From positions 16,182,001 to 16,246,000 of the forward strand of contig CM022673.1 in assembly GCA_012295275.1 (NCBI GenBank): a DNA stretch of 64,000 nt, written 5' to 3'. Source of the stretch: Chrysomallon squamiferum (taxonomy: Eukaryota; Animalia; Mollusca). The notes below the pieces were generated by a model that was given only the letters and a program-made list of their open reading frames with translations, did no database searches and was not told the origin of the DNA. Made by a program: the position numbers and the translations under genes. Shown piece after piece: positions 30,697-46,903 of the stretch; the first letter of the stretch is position 1; each line of letters starts with the position of its first letter.

Positions 30697-31374
30697 GTAA
30701 CATAATTAATAATGACAGTAACAAAACAATACACCAATTCATTACAAACTGAAAAATCATAAATATTTGAACAGCTAAGATGACTAGGCTATAGTTTGTG
30801 TAATTTAAGAAGTGATGGTCATGGGTTCAACACAGTACAAACACATTCAAGTTGTTCAGTTATCTGCTGGACTTGACTGCTACCAATCACTGTTTGCTGA
30901 TGTATCAATAGCCAAGTACTAGCTGGATTGGGAGACCAGTCTAAACAAAGAGCAGATAACTTGCCTGATAAGAGAGGTCAAGAGTTAATTACACTGTACA
31001 AATATTCTACCCAACAGACACTCTAATGGCTATCAGTGACAAAAACTTTCTCTGACATTCCAATGGTAACACCAACAGCAGACATACTGACTGAATAATT
31101 CTTCTTAATATATAATAATGTCTGTTTATCTGCCTGCCTGTCCATCACCTAACTTCATCTCTTTTGAAAACCAACTGACAATTCTTGAAACTTGATCATT
31201 TAAAATATTTACAAATTATTTATACTGAATATTTAGCCATCAGTTCTTGATTATCTTGATGTTTAATCAGATGCTAAAATCAGATTAATTATTTTTATTA
31301 CAAGACTAGATTATTTGACAGCATTGCTAGTAGGTTTTCATCAATGCTTATTGGATCAATGGTTATTAGCTTTA

Positions 31375-31510
31375 CATCAGTGGCTACTGAATGTCAAATA
31401 TCTGATCAATCTGATTTATATTCTTCAGCAGCATTCACATTATCAGTAAGAGATATTTTTTAGGACCTTCCCACGAAGGATGAAAACACATACCACAGCC
31501 ATTGGAAAGT
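31375..31510 (-). mobile_element. Decayed SINE remnant, related variant
   Basis: tggctactgaatgtcaaata...cagtaagagatatttttt..accttcccac..aacacataccacagcc; the similarity is recalled, not computed. Confidence 0.45.
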
Positions 31511-33879
31511 GGGCAGCACAAAGATACACTTGAAGTTACTGATCTTATATCAGGCCCTAACTCTAATCACTGAACATTTTTAAAATACTTGTAATTTTGA
31601 TGATGAAAATTATATAATTAATGCCAAAGACATGAATCTTTTAATGAGATAGATACATTATAAATTACTGAGTGTGTTTCAAATTAACTTAACAACACAA
31701 AACAATACATTTCTCAGTTATGTGTATAATTAAAAAAAAAAAAAAGGTATGTTCTGGCTGATGGGATTTCTTTTTTTCATTATTATACATCATGTTTATG
31801 CACTTATAACAAACTGTGAATGGTATCCTAGTTTCTGAATAATGTAACTCTCTCTGTAGTGTGATAAAAGTAATGTAAGTGATTTACTGACCAACAAGAC
31901 ACAGATAACAACAGTCAATGGGATAGGTTGATATTATTATTGAAACAGACTGATAAAATCACTTAGAGTAACTGATAAAAATCAACTGCAGACTATGATA
32001 AAATCAGCTAAACCCCAACTCACAAAGCTGATAAAAATACAACCACATTAATAAAATATTAAAAAAAAAAAAAAAAAAAAAAAACAGTCCAGGAAATTTA
32101 ATACAATTCAGAAATTGGTAATGACATCCATGTTTTCAGAATTAGAATTCATCCAAGAATAAAAATTATTATACAAGGTTTAGAATGTTAATATTGTCCT
32201 AGCTTGTAAATTTTACTTGATCGCTGTTCTATAACAGAAATGCACTATCAAACTGATATTTATAACTGAAGCCTATGAATAAAGTGTTTACATCTGAAGG
32301 TATTTTGAGATAGTTTTTTTTTTCTTTTCTAAAAAAACTAACTGATAGACCAATCAGGTAGCTTGTTTTAGCCAGACTTTTCCTCCTCCTTTAAAGTAAT
32401 AACATGATAATTTACAACTTATCTTTCAGCTTTTATTTTGCTTGTTATACAAATACATTCAGTAGTTTTCTCCCAGAACAAACAAAACAAAACTCAACAA
32501 TGATAAATACCTGAGGATTAACTGACTGACGACTATACAGGTAAAACAGCACTAGTCTACATGTTGTTCTTCTATATCCAGCACACCTGTAACAGGAAAC
32601 TCACTTAATCCACTAACATCAACACATATTCCCTGAATATCCAGTTGTTATCCCTGCAGTTTCACTAGCATGCGGTCATTCGGCTGGTCAGTCATATGGT
32701 TAGTGGAAATGACCCCTAGTTAAAGAGATAACCTCTGGTACACACAGCTTCTTGCTCCTCTTCTTCTCACTGTCCAGCCCTGGCCATGTTACCTAACACT
32801 GTTTACTTGTCTAGTGCACAAAAGACCCACACTCAGTGACCAGAGAGCTGCCCCAGGCCACCAGCCCCAGTTGTATTGTGTTGCTGGCCCTTAGCTGGAA
32901 GGGACCATACGATATAGAGAGGCTTCAATCAGAGTTTTTACAAAGCCACTTTGAGTGCATTTAAAAATGGTTTCTCAAGCTTTGTCAAAATAGACCCGCG
33001 TGCGTTCCACTTGGGGTAAATGACACTTCTCACTTCTATTATCTGTAACTGCAGCTGCAGTTCACAGTCTGGGGTTTTTTATTTTTATTTTTTTCTCTCT
33101 CTATAGATAAGTCAGTTAATGCAGGGATCCAGTGAACAGGCTATTGTACATGAAGTACTTTTATCTTCTGTGGTTTAAAAATATCACCTCTCACTGTGGT
33201 AGTGGTATACTAAACTATAAATATTTAATTATTGGTTTAATTCTATTATGGAAAATAAGATAAGCACAACACTTAAGGAAAATGTAAAAATTCCAATGAC
33301 AAAGAATTAATTGTAAACATAACACATTTAATCTATTTCAATAAAAAAAAACACATATATTTATGTGCCTAGGTATAATGCTATGGCCATAATATAATTT
33401 TTTCTAAGGTGGATATACTTAAATAAAATAAATTTACACTGGAAATAAAATCTAGTGCCACAGACAGTATTAGATTTATAGTTTTTATAAATCTTAAAGA
33501 AAAAACACCAGACCCAGTAATCACTAACCATTATTATACAATTAACATTTCACAACCTTTCTTTTCTAATGGATGTCACGATTCAGTATAAATAACAATT
33601 AAAAATGAGTTTAAAAAAACCCATTAATCTAAAATAAATATTTCTGAATACACCTGCACTTTTATCACCTGGATAATGTGCAGTTTATATTTACACAAAG
33701 TCATTATTCACTCTGCCATGAATTAGTGTTGTCTGATACAGTGAGATCGACAAATCTAAACAAACTGATTGTTGTAAAACTATTTCTTCATCTTACAGTT
33801 AAAAACCAGTATGACAGAAAATACAAAACATATCTGATCTCTTAGTCATAGGTCAAAATTGGAGGGAAAAACTATATCA

Positions 33880-34430
33880 GTTTGAACATTGTTATTATAA
33901 TTATCCTGCTTTAAATCATGAAAAAACAGTAACCAAAGTTAGAACAGGAAATGTTAGTAATAGAGAACTGGTAATCCTAGAAATGGGATCAGAGGTAATA
34001 TCAAGAAGTAAAAATTATTTTCAGAACATTTTAAATAAACAATAAAAATAGAGTTTCCCAAATCAAAATAATTTTAAATTTAAAAAGAACCAATAACTTG
34101 CTCTAAATAGGTCAAACAGTAATCAAAGTTATAATGGAAAAACCCATAAAATGGGAAAATGAGTGACCTAAATATAAATTGTAAAAGAAGAATTAATACA
34201 ATAAATACTGAACAACTTTTATTCTTAATTAATGTGGGATGAAAACTAGTAACTTTTGATGAACTGGGAACAACAATAACCTATGTCAGAATGGGAAAAG
34301 TAGCAACCTCAGTATGAGAAAACCAGTAATCATTGTCAAAATGAGAAAATCAGTGAACTTAGTCAAAATGGGAAAAGCAGGAAACCCAGAATGGAAAAGC
34401 CAGTAGTAACCGTAACTAGAAGTGGAAAAG
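33880..34430. repeat. Highly degenerate ~30-bp tandem repeat
   Basis: Recurrent cagtaacc..agt.agaatgggaaaa. Confidence 0.55.
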
Positions 34431-37400
34431 AAATCATCAGTGATTTTATTACTGACCTAAGCATAACCTAAATACATCCCAAGAGTTTAGAAATAAATAA
34501 AAGATTTACAAGAGAACATTTACACCTATTTGTTTATTTCTACAACTCCCATGGTGTACTTTTCTTCCTTCTTTTTTTTTGTTGTTTTGAGTGAAACAGC
34601 AACTATATCACCCATCCTCATTAGCATGATAGCTGCACCTGTATGAGTGAGAAAACAGCAAATAAACATCGTCAGACAAAACTTTAGCATGAGTACGTCA
34701 TCAAAATATTTCTCCTTCCAGTGTAGATCTATTTGAGCTCTATAGCTACAAGGTCACACTCTCAGAGCTACATATGACTAATTCCTTTTGTTCCACAGCT
34801 TTATATTTTTCGTAAACTTGCAAATAAATGACCCATTTTTGCACAAAATACAGCAGAGCATCTGGAAACGTAATCCAATCTGGTAGCATAATTCTTGTTT
34901 TAAATGTGCTATGCACACGAGAACACTGCCAAGTAAAACCATATTGTTAAAGAACTAAGAACAACTGGGCCAAATGAAAGCTTGAAATGCCAAGGTATTA
35001 GCCATTTTATTGAAGATTAATTTTGATATCTGTTTTTAAACTCTGCCTGACACTAGCTGTAGAGTGATATTCTATACTGCAATAATCATTATTTGCAAAC
35101 TACAATATCATTAATATTTAAATTAGAAATTAGAAATATCGAAAGTTCCCAATAAACATCCAGAATCAGCAAATCCTAAAATGTACTATCTAGTATCAGT
35201 GATGTTACCAGTATTATAAATATTCAGTATGATTCTTACCTATATCATTCATATACATTACTGCTAATATCCAGTATGATAATTATATTATTTTATTCTT
35301 ATCCAATAATGCCATAAACCAGTATCACTAATACTTGATATTTTAACATCCAGTATCGCTGATATTTAGTATTACAATACCTAAAACCTAATGCATCTAA
35401 ACATCACTGAAAACATATTTTTACAATGTCTTTACTTGCATTGCCCAATTAACTGCTATATTGATGATACCAAATACTGCAGTATTACCATTATCATATA
35501 TGTCCAGAATTGTATAAACATTATCATTTATATCCAGTATTGCAAAAATCCAATATCGTTAATATCTAGTATTTCAAAAAATAAATATCTAGTATTTCAA
35601 ACAATAAATATCTCTTATTGCAAAAACTTAATTTCACTTGAATCTTATAGCTAATATTATTAACATATAATATTAAAACTGCTAATACCGATGACAGCAA
35701 ATATAACTGATACCTAATACAATATAATTTAATACAGATTTTTTCAGTCTTCTACTTAGAGACAATCGCAAGTGTATTACTATGTTGTAAGACATTTGAT
35801 AGGACATGTTAGTTTATTGTAGTTCTTAACAGATTATTGCAAACTTTCAATCTCTTCACTGTTTATGCATAATATCTCTGCATTATTTAGCATAAATTTC
35901 ATTACTGTGTAATTATAAAAATTAGCATAAGAAACTCAATATTTGTTTGTTTTTAACCAGAATGTTATTATTGTAGCATTAGCATCAATTACTTACTGAA
36001 CAAATGCAAACTACTTTGAAGCTTGTCATTAAGCTGTATGGCATTTAATAATTATTTCAAAACATTCTCACCATAATTTTGTAATTCTATACATAACATT
36101 AAAATTTAAATAAATAGAACCACAAATAGCAATAACATTAACTGAACAAACAGAATTTTTGTTTAAGACAGTACTAGAGTATAAATTTTATAATTCAAAA
36201 CCACAAAAATTCCTGCAACAAACTGAGGGATATAAACAGATTTTAATCTCACAAACACAGTTATTAACAGCACCATTAAGGTGCTGAATCAAAGGACTAC
36301 ATGACCAGTATAGGTTTATACTCAAATAAAAAGCCAACAAGAAGACATGGCAGTTAACACAATGTGCACACTGTACACACATCTCCTGGCGAGAAATTAA
36401 ACAGGTCAGCAAGAAAGCAGCAAACTTATTAAAGTGCCAGTGTGTTGTGGATCTGCTTCACTGAACAATTAGGTTACACGAAAAAACGGTATGTCAACGG
36501 TCACGAGTTCAATTCCTTTTGTCAACCATTTTGTGCTGCTTTGCTAGTAGTCTCCATATTTGTTTTTAAAGGATTGAGGTGGGTGTTGTTTTTTATTTGT
36601 AAGTATTGGGAAGAAATATTGAGTAATGTAGTAAACGATAATCTTTATTTTGGTTGATTTAAATTTTTGGGGGGAGATGGGGATTTGGGAGGCTTTGTTT
36701 TATAAATTAATCAAATTTTATAACAACATATATTTGCAACTCTTAAATAGTTTGGCAGAAAATAAATTAAAATTATGTAGGAAGATATTAAAAATGAACA
36801 GAAAACAAAATAAAATAATTTTTAAATTTAAAATAACATCAAAATAACCTGATTGTATTTCCACAGCCTGTAAATTTTTTGCAAAGAAACCGATATCAAT
36901 CTTAACATATTTGTTTCCAAAATGCCACTTACTGAACATTTTTTAAAAAGCCTTTAGTTATCATTAAATATATTAAATATAACTGAATATCAAATGAAAA
37001 CCTGTAATTCCAGCAGCTGCTAATTCTATTTTTTCCCTCTAAGTCAGTATTAACAGTGACTTTGATCATCTAAATGCAAACCTAGTTGATCAAGCAAAGG
37101 GCAATAAATAAAGTGGTCAGTTATGCATGCAGGACCAGCAGACCAAAGCATGATCAGCAAAGTATGACCACAGTTGAAAGACATAAGCAGGATAACCTGT
37201 CTGTCCACATGTGAAAGTCAAGACAGGCAGACTGGACATTACACAATGTACAAATTAAATCTTCACTTTTCTGTAATATATTAGTGCATATTGTGTAATT
37301 TACATATATAATATAAATTAACCTGAATCATTTCTGACTGCACAGTATACAAGTTTATTATCATTTTTCTGCAATGTATTAGTGAATAGGGTATAATGTA

Positions 37401-40400
37401 CATGTACATACATATATTAATTTTTATTATTTTTAGTATATAAATATAATTTAACTTTTCACTAATATATGTTGAATAATACATACACATATTAAATCAA
37501 TATGCACATGCACATGCACACATACATATATAAATTGATTAGCAACAAATGTTGGTAGCATTTTTAATTAGGTAGCATTTGAGCATGTGATTTCATTTCA
37601 CATGTGACTGAAATATGACATACATACATATTCTAAAAGTTGAACAAAATGGCACATATGTGGTTGAATAAATCTATATACAAATATCTAAATATTATCT
37701 TTCACTTTCACTTAAAAAGCTCTATGAACTTTTATTCCAACCCAATACACACACACACTTTTCACCTAATCTATATTAAATTTTGGTAAGTCTGACATAT
37801 CTACATATATATTTTATTTTCATCATTAAATTACATAATGTAAAAGTTAAACATCACACTTCATTGATTTATACTTGCATTTATTATTCTCACATGAAAA
37901 TAATACAATGTAAAGATTCTGTTTTAGCAGTATTAACTGTGATATGATTTAACTCATAGATGAAAACAAAAAAGACAACTATTTGTAGTTTCTACTGAAC
38001 TTGATACATTTCTAGTTATTTGACAATCATAAATTAAAATTATATAGTCAAACTTATATTTACATCCATAGAATATTACAGTAATACATCAATATTTATT
38101 TTCTGTTTTATAAATTCACCTAATCAAGTAATATTTCTATTATAAAAGTTCAGTCTTATTCTGTTTCTGTTAGATAAATTCAGCTAACCTAATTCTTGGT
38201 TTTCTTCTTTCTCTGTCTCTGTTTACTATTATTAGTATTAAGATAAATACAGCATTAAAAATGTTTATTTACAGGAGATTATGAACTTAACTTACTAGCA
38301 GGTATTATTAACTTCATATAAGTAAACAGACTGAGTGTAAAGCTCTCCAGATATAATTTACCTGTCTGTTGTATCAAAGAGCAGTTATTCACAACATATC
38401 AATTTTACTTCCCTGTCAAAAGTCTTGTTTGTGTATGTTAATAACTGCTACTAGTACTGAAGCTTTTTATTCAGTGATGTTTGGTACTCAACAATTGAAT
38501 TACTGCAGACAAATGTTGTAGTAATCTGAAATTAATCAAGTCACTAACTCTCAATATAAAAAGCTGGATATTCCCATAACAAGCTGTTAACATCATTATG
38601 ACTAGTACTAAACTGAATACTGTGTAATATGCAACAACAACAACTACAACAGGAGAAAACGCTGTAGAGAGAAGAAATCCATTTAGCAGCTATGAGTTCT
38701 CATGCTTGACAATCCAATTACACAGACTGCAAGTTACTGATCGGAGAAGTGATCCTGGCTTCATTTCGAAGGAGAAGTGGGTCACACCAGCACATGTTAG
38801 CTCTTCTATCAAGTACACTGGTGAACCCACACACTAAATAACCCCCTCTTTATCCTCCCTTTTTGTTTACTTAACTATTAAGTCACCTAGCTAAATAAAT
38901 GAGTACTTACTTGCTTGAACAAGCACATATTCGAGTTGACCACGATAAGGAATGGAAAATAAAACCTGGTAAAACACAATTCTCCTTCACTAAAACAAGG
39001 AACACCTCATAGCCGTGGGCTTCGACTGTTCGCGCATTCCAGTGGGATATAAATGGAAACAATCCCCTTATCAAAGCGCTGGGCTACTATTACTACTGAA
39101 GGTAGTCACTTGATTGAACGGCACTGTGTGGGGAAACAGAGCACAGCTGAGTCTCAATAACAAAGACTGTGTGTAAACACACTGGGTCTCTCTCTCTCTC
39201 TCTCAAGTCATACCTACACAATGATCAGCCAGTCACACAAAGTAGAACTGGACCACTACTTGACACAGGCAAACAGTTTTAGGCTGGACCTGCTCTATAA
39301 TACAGTACTAGATTAATAAGACAACATCATAATATATATATATATAGGTATTGTCTGTCTGTCTGTATGGGACACACTGTAATACATTAATAAGACTACT
39401 GAATATGGTATCTTTATAATATTGGTGTTGACTGTACGGTAATAAATTAGCCACACAAAACACAGGACACACTACAACATAGAACTAGACAATATCATAT
39501 CTTCATAATATATTATAGAGGGGTGGTTGGTCTATACAGTGATCAACTATCCACAAAAAGCAGGTCTAGATTAATCATTGAATATCACATCTGTATTATA
39601 ATACAGGATTAGATTAATAATTCAGTATCATATCTGTATTACTTAAAAGTCCACTACCTATGAAGTGATCAACTAGCCAAAGTATTAGACTAAATAATCT
39701 GTAGTCTAGACCAACTATAAATATCTTAACCATAGATCTATAATAGTTGTACATTATTTGATTACACTATAGATTGATTGATCAGTCAATCTATCTATCT
39801 ATTTCTATTCACAATACAGTCTAGAGTTACTACAATATACAGAGGTTTTAACTAACTGTTCAGTATAAAACCAATCTAGACAGATATCATTTAACTACAC
39901 TATTGAACTAAATTATCAATATATAATATAGAATTAGACTACTTACAAATAAGTATTCTAATGACATGATGTTAATGGACAACATCCACTTCAAATAAAA
40001 CTAGACTATCCATGCTGAGCTATACTGTTAATGTCAGACATTGACATAAAAAAGGTATAGTAACACACAGTGATATGACATCACACTGCAACAATGAAAT
40101 CCTTTAAAACTGAATTAAAAAACTACAACAGACAAAAGAGTATGGAAATCAATAGGACTGATTTAATCATGCTTAATATGCCTTTGTCATATCAAGAACA
40201 CAATTTTTTTAATTAATTAATTAATATCTTTTCCTTTTTTCTTCTTTTTTTACATTTTGTATTATATAAAATTACAGATGTATGTATTTTCATAATACTG
40301 AGTCAAATCCATAAAAACAGTAATGAATTATAGAAAAGTGTTACTAATTTCTGAAAAGTACTTTTTATTTTTATTATTATTATTATTATTTAATTGTTTT

Positions 40401-43400
40401 TAATCATTTTTATAATTTTTTTTTTTTTTTAATCTAAGTATTGTGTTGTTTTTATTCCTAGGTTATTTGGGATTTTTTTGTTGATATTTTTGGATGTTGC
40501 AGAGATAAATACTATTAATTTATCAGTAACACATCAATTAATAATAATCATTACAGTAGCAAGACCATTTATCATTTCCCTATTTATCCTGTTCTAACAA
40601 ACAATATATATTTAAATCTTTTAAAACAGAATATAACAATAAAATCAATAACAGGAGTAACCAGAACAATATGTATAATTTGGAGAAATCTTTTCCCCTT
40701 TAATTTTTTTATTTTCTATTTTTTGGTATATATAATCTGATACTTTATCATCACATGACATAGTTTTGTAGAGAAAACTTTACAGAAGTACTAGGCAGGC
40801 ACCTGACAGACACTGGAAAGGGGGGACTACTCCACGATGTCTTTCTTAATATCTTATCAGTACTCTCCACTGAGCGATAGGTTTCTTGTCAGGTCACTGT
40901 GGGGTCACATGTAGAGCAACTGATAAAGAGACACCAATAATAACTCTGTTTACTTGGTTGTAACTTAACAGTAGACACGAAAATAGTTAAAAATAATAGC
41001 AGGGGGCACATGTATGTGTATATCTAAAATTACAAGTAGGTTCCATCACTATTTTATTTATAGATAATAAATCTTATACTGAGTTAGGGTTTCTAATTTA
41101 TGATGTTCAACAATAAATCACTTATTTTAATAATAATAATAATAATAATTAGTAGAAGTAGTAAATGACATTTTGTATAATAACAAAAATTCATTAAAAA
41201 AACACACAAAAAAATGAAAAAAAAGAAATCCACATCATAAATTATAGAAATTCTTTCATTTCTGTAGTAGTAGTAGTAATACTTGTTTTATCATTACAAA
41301 ATGTATGGTAGGGGCTTTTTTGGTGCATTTTTTACAAAAAGAAAGTATTATTATGCATCAACAACAAATGTCATCAACTGAAATAGCAACACAGTAATTA
41401 ATATTTAATTATTTATTTAATCCACATTTAAACAGTAGATAAACTGTTTAATAAGATGAGTTTAATGACATTTTCTGAATTAACAAGCAATAAGAATTTC
41501 TGCTAAGTACTAAATGCAAAATAGTAAAACATTTTCATTAAAGAAATTAGCATTATCAGCAAAGAATGAGCAGCTATTATTCTTAATGGAAACTATCACA
41601 AAACAATATCTTTGTTTTGCATTATTTAGTTCAAAATAATAAAATCTCTAAACAAACTTACCTTTCTGCCCTGTAATTATTGATATAATGACAAGTAAAT
41701 TTTAATACAAGGATTGGTAACCAATGTGATCATTAATAATTCAAATTCACCATATGTTTTTGGCATATTTACAATATCTTCTCATTTCATTTACATATAT
41801 ATACCACACACACATATATACAAACATACATACACTCACCTACACTGATGTATGTGTTTGTACGTGTGTGCACACACATACATATATTGTTAAAGATTTA
41901 CAAAACAGAAAAAATATTTTAGTGTATAACAAATTTAGAAATTTTAAATTTTACTTTTATTTTATTTTAATTTTTATTTATTTACTTTTTTTTTTTCTTT
42001 CTTTCTTCCCCCTATCCTCATATGTATGGCTGATTCTGGAAAATACTGAGCAATGTGTAATGTAAGGGAAATAACTCTTGGCCTTCATATTTTTTTTTTT
42101 TTATTATTATTACTTTTTTTTTTTAATGTCCATATTACTAAGTTGACATAATATCAAGATTGATTCCACATACCAGTATCAATAAGTAGTTAAACTGACA
42201 AATAAGTTTAGCAAAACAATTGCTGAAAATCTTTTATTCCCCACATTGTTGTAGAAGTTGTTATTTTCTTTCTTATTTTTTTCATCAAATAAATGGAATC
42301 CATGGCAGTCTACATATAAAATTCTGTGATATATATAAACCAATACATAGACTTAATGAACTACTAGATACCCAACACTAAACACACAAACATACATGTT
42401 GGTTAAAAACCAGTTTGAACTGGAGTTTATCGTTTTCTTTTATAAATTTATTTTTTGACACATGACTGCATGAATTGTGAAGTCTGTTCTTGCATTCTCA
42501 TAGATTCAACTTTATAATGCAATAGTTTCATTATATTCTCATATAAAACTGGAAATTGCTACCATTTTAAAACTTACATTATTCTTAATTAGATTAATAA
42601 TGTTAACAAATATCAGCAATAAAAAGCAATTAAAAATGTTTCTTTCTTGAGAATAATTATATTACATATTTTATCATTTAGCAACAAGGAAGAACACATT
42701 TTAGATTCAAAATCAAATAATTCATCCTCTTCATAACAAGTGGTAAATTTTATTCTTGTATTTATTTAATTATCATGTTAGTCCTTATTCACCATGAGAA
42801 ACAAGGAAGTATATCAACTTATATTAACTCTATAAATAGCTAGAAATATAAAATTAAATATACAAATATAGCTTTCCAAGTTATTTGAACTTTAGTTCAA
42901 TATAAAACAATCTACACATAATTGTACATTGTATACATATGTACACAAATACAAAAATGATACATACATGCAACGACACATACAAGAATATGTATTTATA
43001 CATTGATACATACACATATATACATATACTATACACATGTATATATAAATTTATAATTTACATGTAAGTGTATTCTTGTATACATATACATATATATATA
43101 TATAAGAATATATAGCTAAACATGCACATGTCCAAGTTTGCAGGGATTTATGTAAATACCACTTACCTCAAGAGATTTTACAAAATGAAAAGCTGCAAAA
43201 GATGAGAGAAGAAAAAAATATTATTTAAGATTGTGGTCAAGCAAGAGAATAAATGTCATTTTCATATGTTGCTACACAAGTTAAATTAATAAATATTTTA
43301 GTTGGTGGAGACATATATGTAATTTATGCATTCATTCTCTTCACTGAAACTATACTCATTTGAATCAAAAAATATATTTGATAATATTCTTAACAGGATG

Positions 43401-46400
43401 TCACTGATAAGCATCTGCTAATAAAATGGGTTTTTTTATGTAGTAGCATATAGGACTTAGTGCTTTTAATTTTTATATATATATATATAAGTAAGGTTAC
43501 CATAACAATCACAAGCTTAAATATAAATTGTGCTGATTCAAATGATATGGGTGCTTTACTTTTTCTTTTTCTTTTCTTTTAAATAAATACATGTATGCAC
43601 ATTACAAAAAAAAAAAAAAAAAAAAACACAACATAATCTGTTTCTTCCACATACAGATCGTCTTTTTCAAATGAGTCATCATTAAGCAGGAAGGGGGTCA
43701 GACCCCTCAGAGTTACCCTCAGTAGCATGTCTGTATCCATGGCTGCATAAGATGTGCAGTGTAAGCACTATGAATATTTACATGTAACTCTATTTCCACA
43801 GTCAGTCTGCCACAGAAACACAACATGACTCAACTTATGTAAATTATATTTTTATTTTTTTTTAAAGTCTAATATATATTTTTTAAACACTATTCTGTCA
43901 TTTTCAGGTTAAAAGTTCATGCAAATTGAATTATAAATAAGACATCAGCTGCAATTTGTGGTATTAATTTAAAATAGTATATCTGCTTCTACAGAACAAA
44001 TCATCTTAAATGATTTTTGTTTAAAATAATTGATAGATTTTGCAAAACAAAGAAAAAACAACAAAAAAACTCACTCATATACATGAATGACCAACATCTG
44101 AAATTTTATGTAAAAGAATATACAGAATGTTACTGATCAAACGTGCCTGTTTTAAATTTTCTAAAATCTTTAAATTTTTATGCAAAGTGAGTCATTTTGT
44201 AAGGTTTTGCTGTTCTTCTTTTTAATTATTGTTCTGTTTATGATATATGCATAATTTCTATTTAAATCAATGATTGTCCTACAATAGGTTTTACTATGAC
44301 TAAAACACAAACACCACACACACAGATATCAATGACCTTTGACATCATCAGATCAATGACATATATTCTAATTAATTCAATATTTATTTTTTTTAATTTT
44401 TAAATAACTGACCAAGTAGGAAAGAATATATATTGTTTTTAAACACTAGAGAACAAAATCATAATTTCTCAAAATAGGAAAGGATAATAACTAGGCATGA
44501 AGCGAGTGTTTTCAGTGCTGCATGATCCCATTTCGCTTCCAATTACAAACAGATGTCTTAGTTTCTCCATAACCGCTTTAAAAACGTCCAGTGACTATTT
44601 ATGTTACACTCTGAAAGTGTTCCTTCTTGAAGCTTACTAAGTTTGAAACAATTACATAGATATCACTGCTTTAGGAGTTTTTTACCCCCATATTATCGTT
44701 TTATATATTAAACATCATTCTATTGAAAATGTTCTTTTCCTGGGGTTTTATGGGGTGTGTATTATTTTTTCTTTTCTTTTTTCTTTTTCCAATTAAATGA
44801 ATTAATATTTAAAACTGGTATTAAAATTAGTATATTTCATTAACAAGTTTTAGATGAGATTAACAAATCGGTATCAGGGGAATTCTAGCAGAAAGATTTT
44901 GATCATTGATGATGTGGTCATTCTTAATAAACTATGAAGAAAGCTTGTTACACAAGCACTGATGTACAGTTTAACATTAACCAGATTCAGCCAACCATCA
45001 AAGATCATCTTAAGTAACAGATGAAGAATTTGTGACCCAAGAAAAGATAAAATATTCTGTTAAACAAATTACAACATACACAAATGCATTTGCCCACACC
45101 TCAGATCACTGAAATATTAAAAAGCTAACAAAAGGCACTTGGAAGTTTGTGCATGATCTATATGTAGTCACAGATCAGTAACATTTCAAAAATGTGGAAC
45201 AAACATAAAGCAGTCTTATACTCTCAGTGGAAACTGTATCTTCTGGTCAAATTATTAAACATGATTAAAAAAAAATAAAACTAGGAAAATAAGCAAGATA
45301 CTCCAAATTTCATAACTGTGGCTGTATTGAAGAATCACTGAATTCACTGACTTGTATATCAAAAAAAAACATACATTTTATTTAATGATACTTTAAATAA
45401 AATATTGTTTCTTTTTAATGTATAATTCACTCAATATATATTTAACCAGTTACGGAATGATACCTTAAATTAGGTATAACACAAAAAAAAAGAAATTTGC
45501 TGTCACAAAGCAAAAGGCTACTATTTTTCAATCAGCACATTCTCATAAAAATGAATATGGGATGGAATGAAAAACTTTTTAAATGAATTATAAGACAGAT
45601 CAAGACACCAAATGAAATCTTCAAAAAGATTAATAATGATTTTAAGAAGAAAATATATTTTAGAATCTTGCACCTGTAAACATCAAAGATTATCAACATT
45701 TGTCTAATTTGTTTTACTGTATTTATCATTTTATGTTACAAAATTTGGTAGTTTAAATACAAAATGCTAAAATAATATTATCCTTTTCCTTTTCTTTTTT
45801 AAATATCCATTTTGAATTCATGTATAAGTTGTAAATTAAATAATGAATACTTTTTCAAAGTGGCAACCAGTAATTTCAGAATTCTCCAGGGATTCATTCT
45901 GAGGTTCAGCCATAAAACGTTTCTACTAGTATATCCCAGCAGGCCATGGATAAACCTCCTTGAGCATATTACACAATTTTTTTTTTTTTTTTTTTTATTA
46001 TATAACTAACATTTATGTCTATATGTCTGCTGAGTTAATATGCTTTTATTCTCTTACAAACAGAACTTTATGAGCAACAAGACATTTTAATCTTGAAAAC
46101 CAAAATTACATATTAGTTTCACTTTATATATATTTAAAATAGTGTTTATAAAATTATTCACTATTATCAACATTAATAAACAAAATTTACTGTTTGTTTG
46201 TATAAAAACTGAAATATGTTTAATAAGAATAAATAAAAAATTATTCCATAATGTTTACTTGACATGGATATACAATAGAATTATTGTCAGATTTAAAAAT
46301 TCGAAACATAAAATTTCTATCCCTGAACAAAATTTAAAAAACAATTAAAAAAATAAAATAATAAATAAATATACACACACACACAAACAATGTCTATAGG

Positions 46401-46495
46401 TATTTCTGAATTTTGTTTTGGGGGGGGTTATTTGTTTCTACTTACGTTTTCAGAATAATAAATTTAACAAACTGACAATAATGAATAAGACTTTA

Positions 46496-46544
<49 letters not shown>

Positions 46545-46903
46545 TAAATAATAAATAATTATAATAAACAAATAAATAAATAAAAAGCGTAATCTGAAAG
46601 AAAAAGGTTTTGACTTGAAATTTAAGATGCTTTTAATGATTTTATAGTAAATGATTATAATTATATACACATAAAATATCCATTTTTCTTAAATCAGATA
46701 TTTTTGCAAACATAAATCATTCTCCGCAAATAAAGCATTTCTAAATGTATACTATTGTCTCATTCTAGTCGTTTTCAGTTTTAGTTTTACCACTTTTGTC
46801 CAATTCGAAGTTTAACACCATTTCATTGTCTAAGAACACAATGAACGCAAAATCATGATATTCAAGTTTAAAAGTTTCTTTAATCTTATCTATTTATATC
46901 TAC

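Noticed and set aside
32892-32907. agctggaagggacca resembles the reverse complement of miR-133
   Set aside because: Needs internal deletions and has no hairpin; a chance match.
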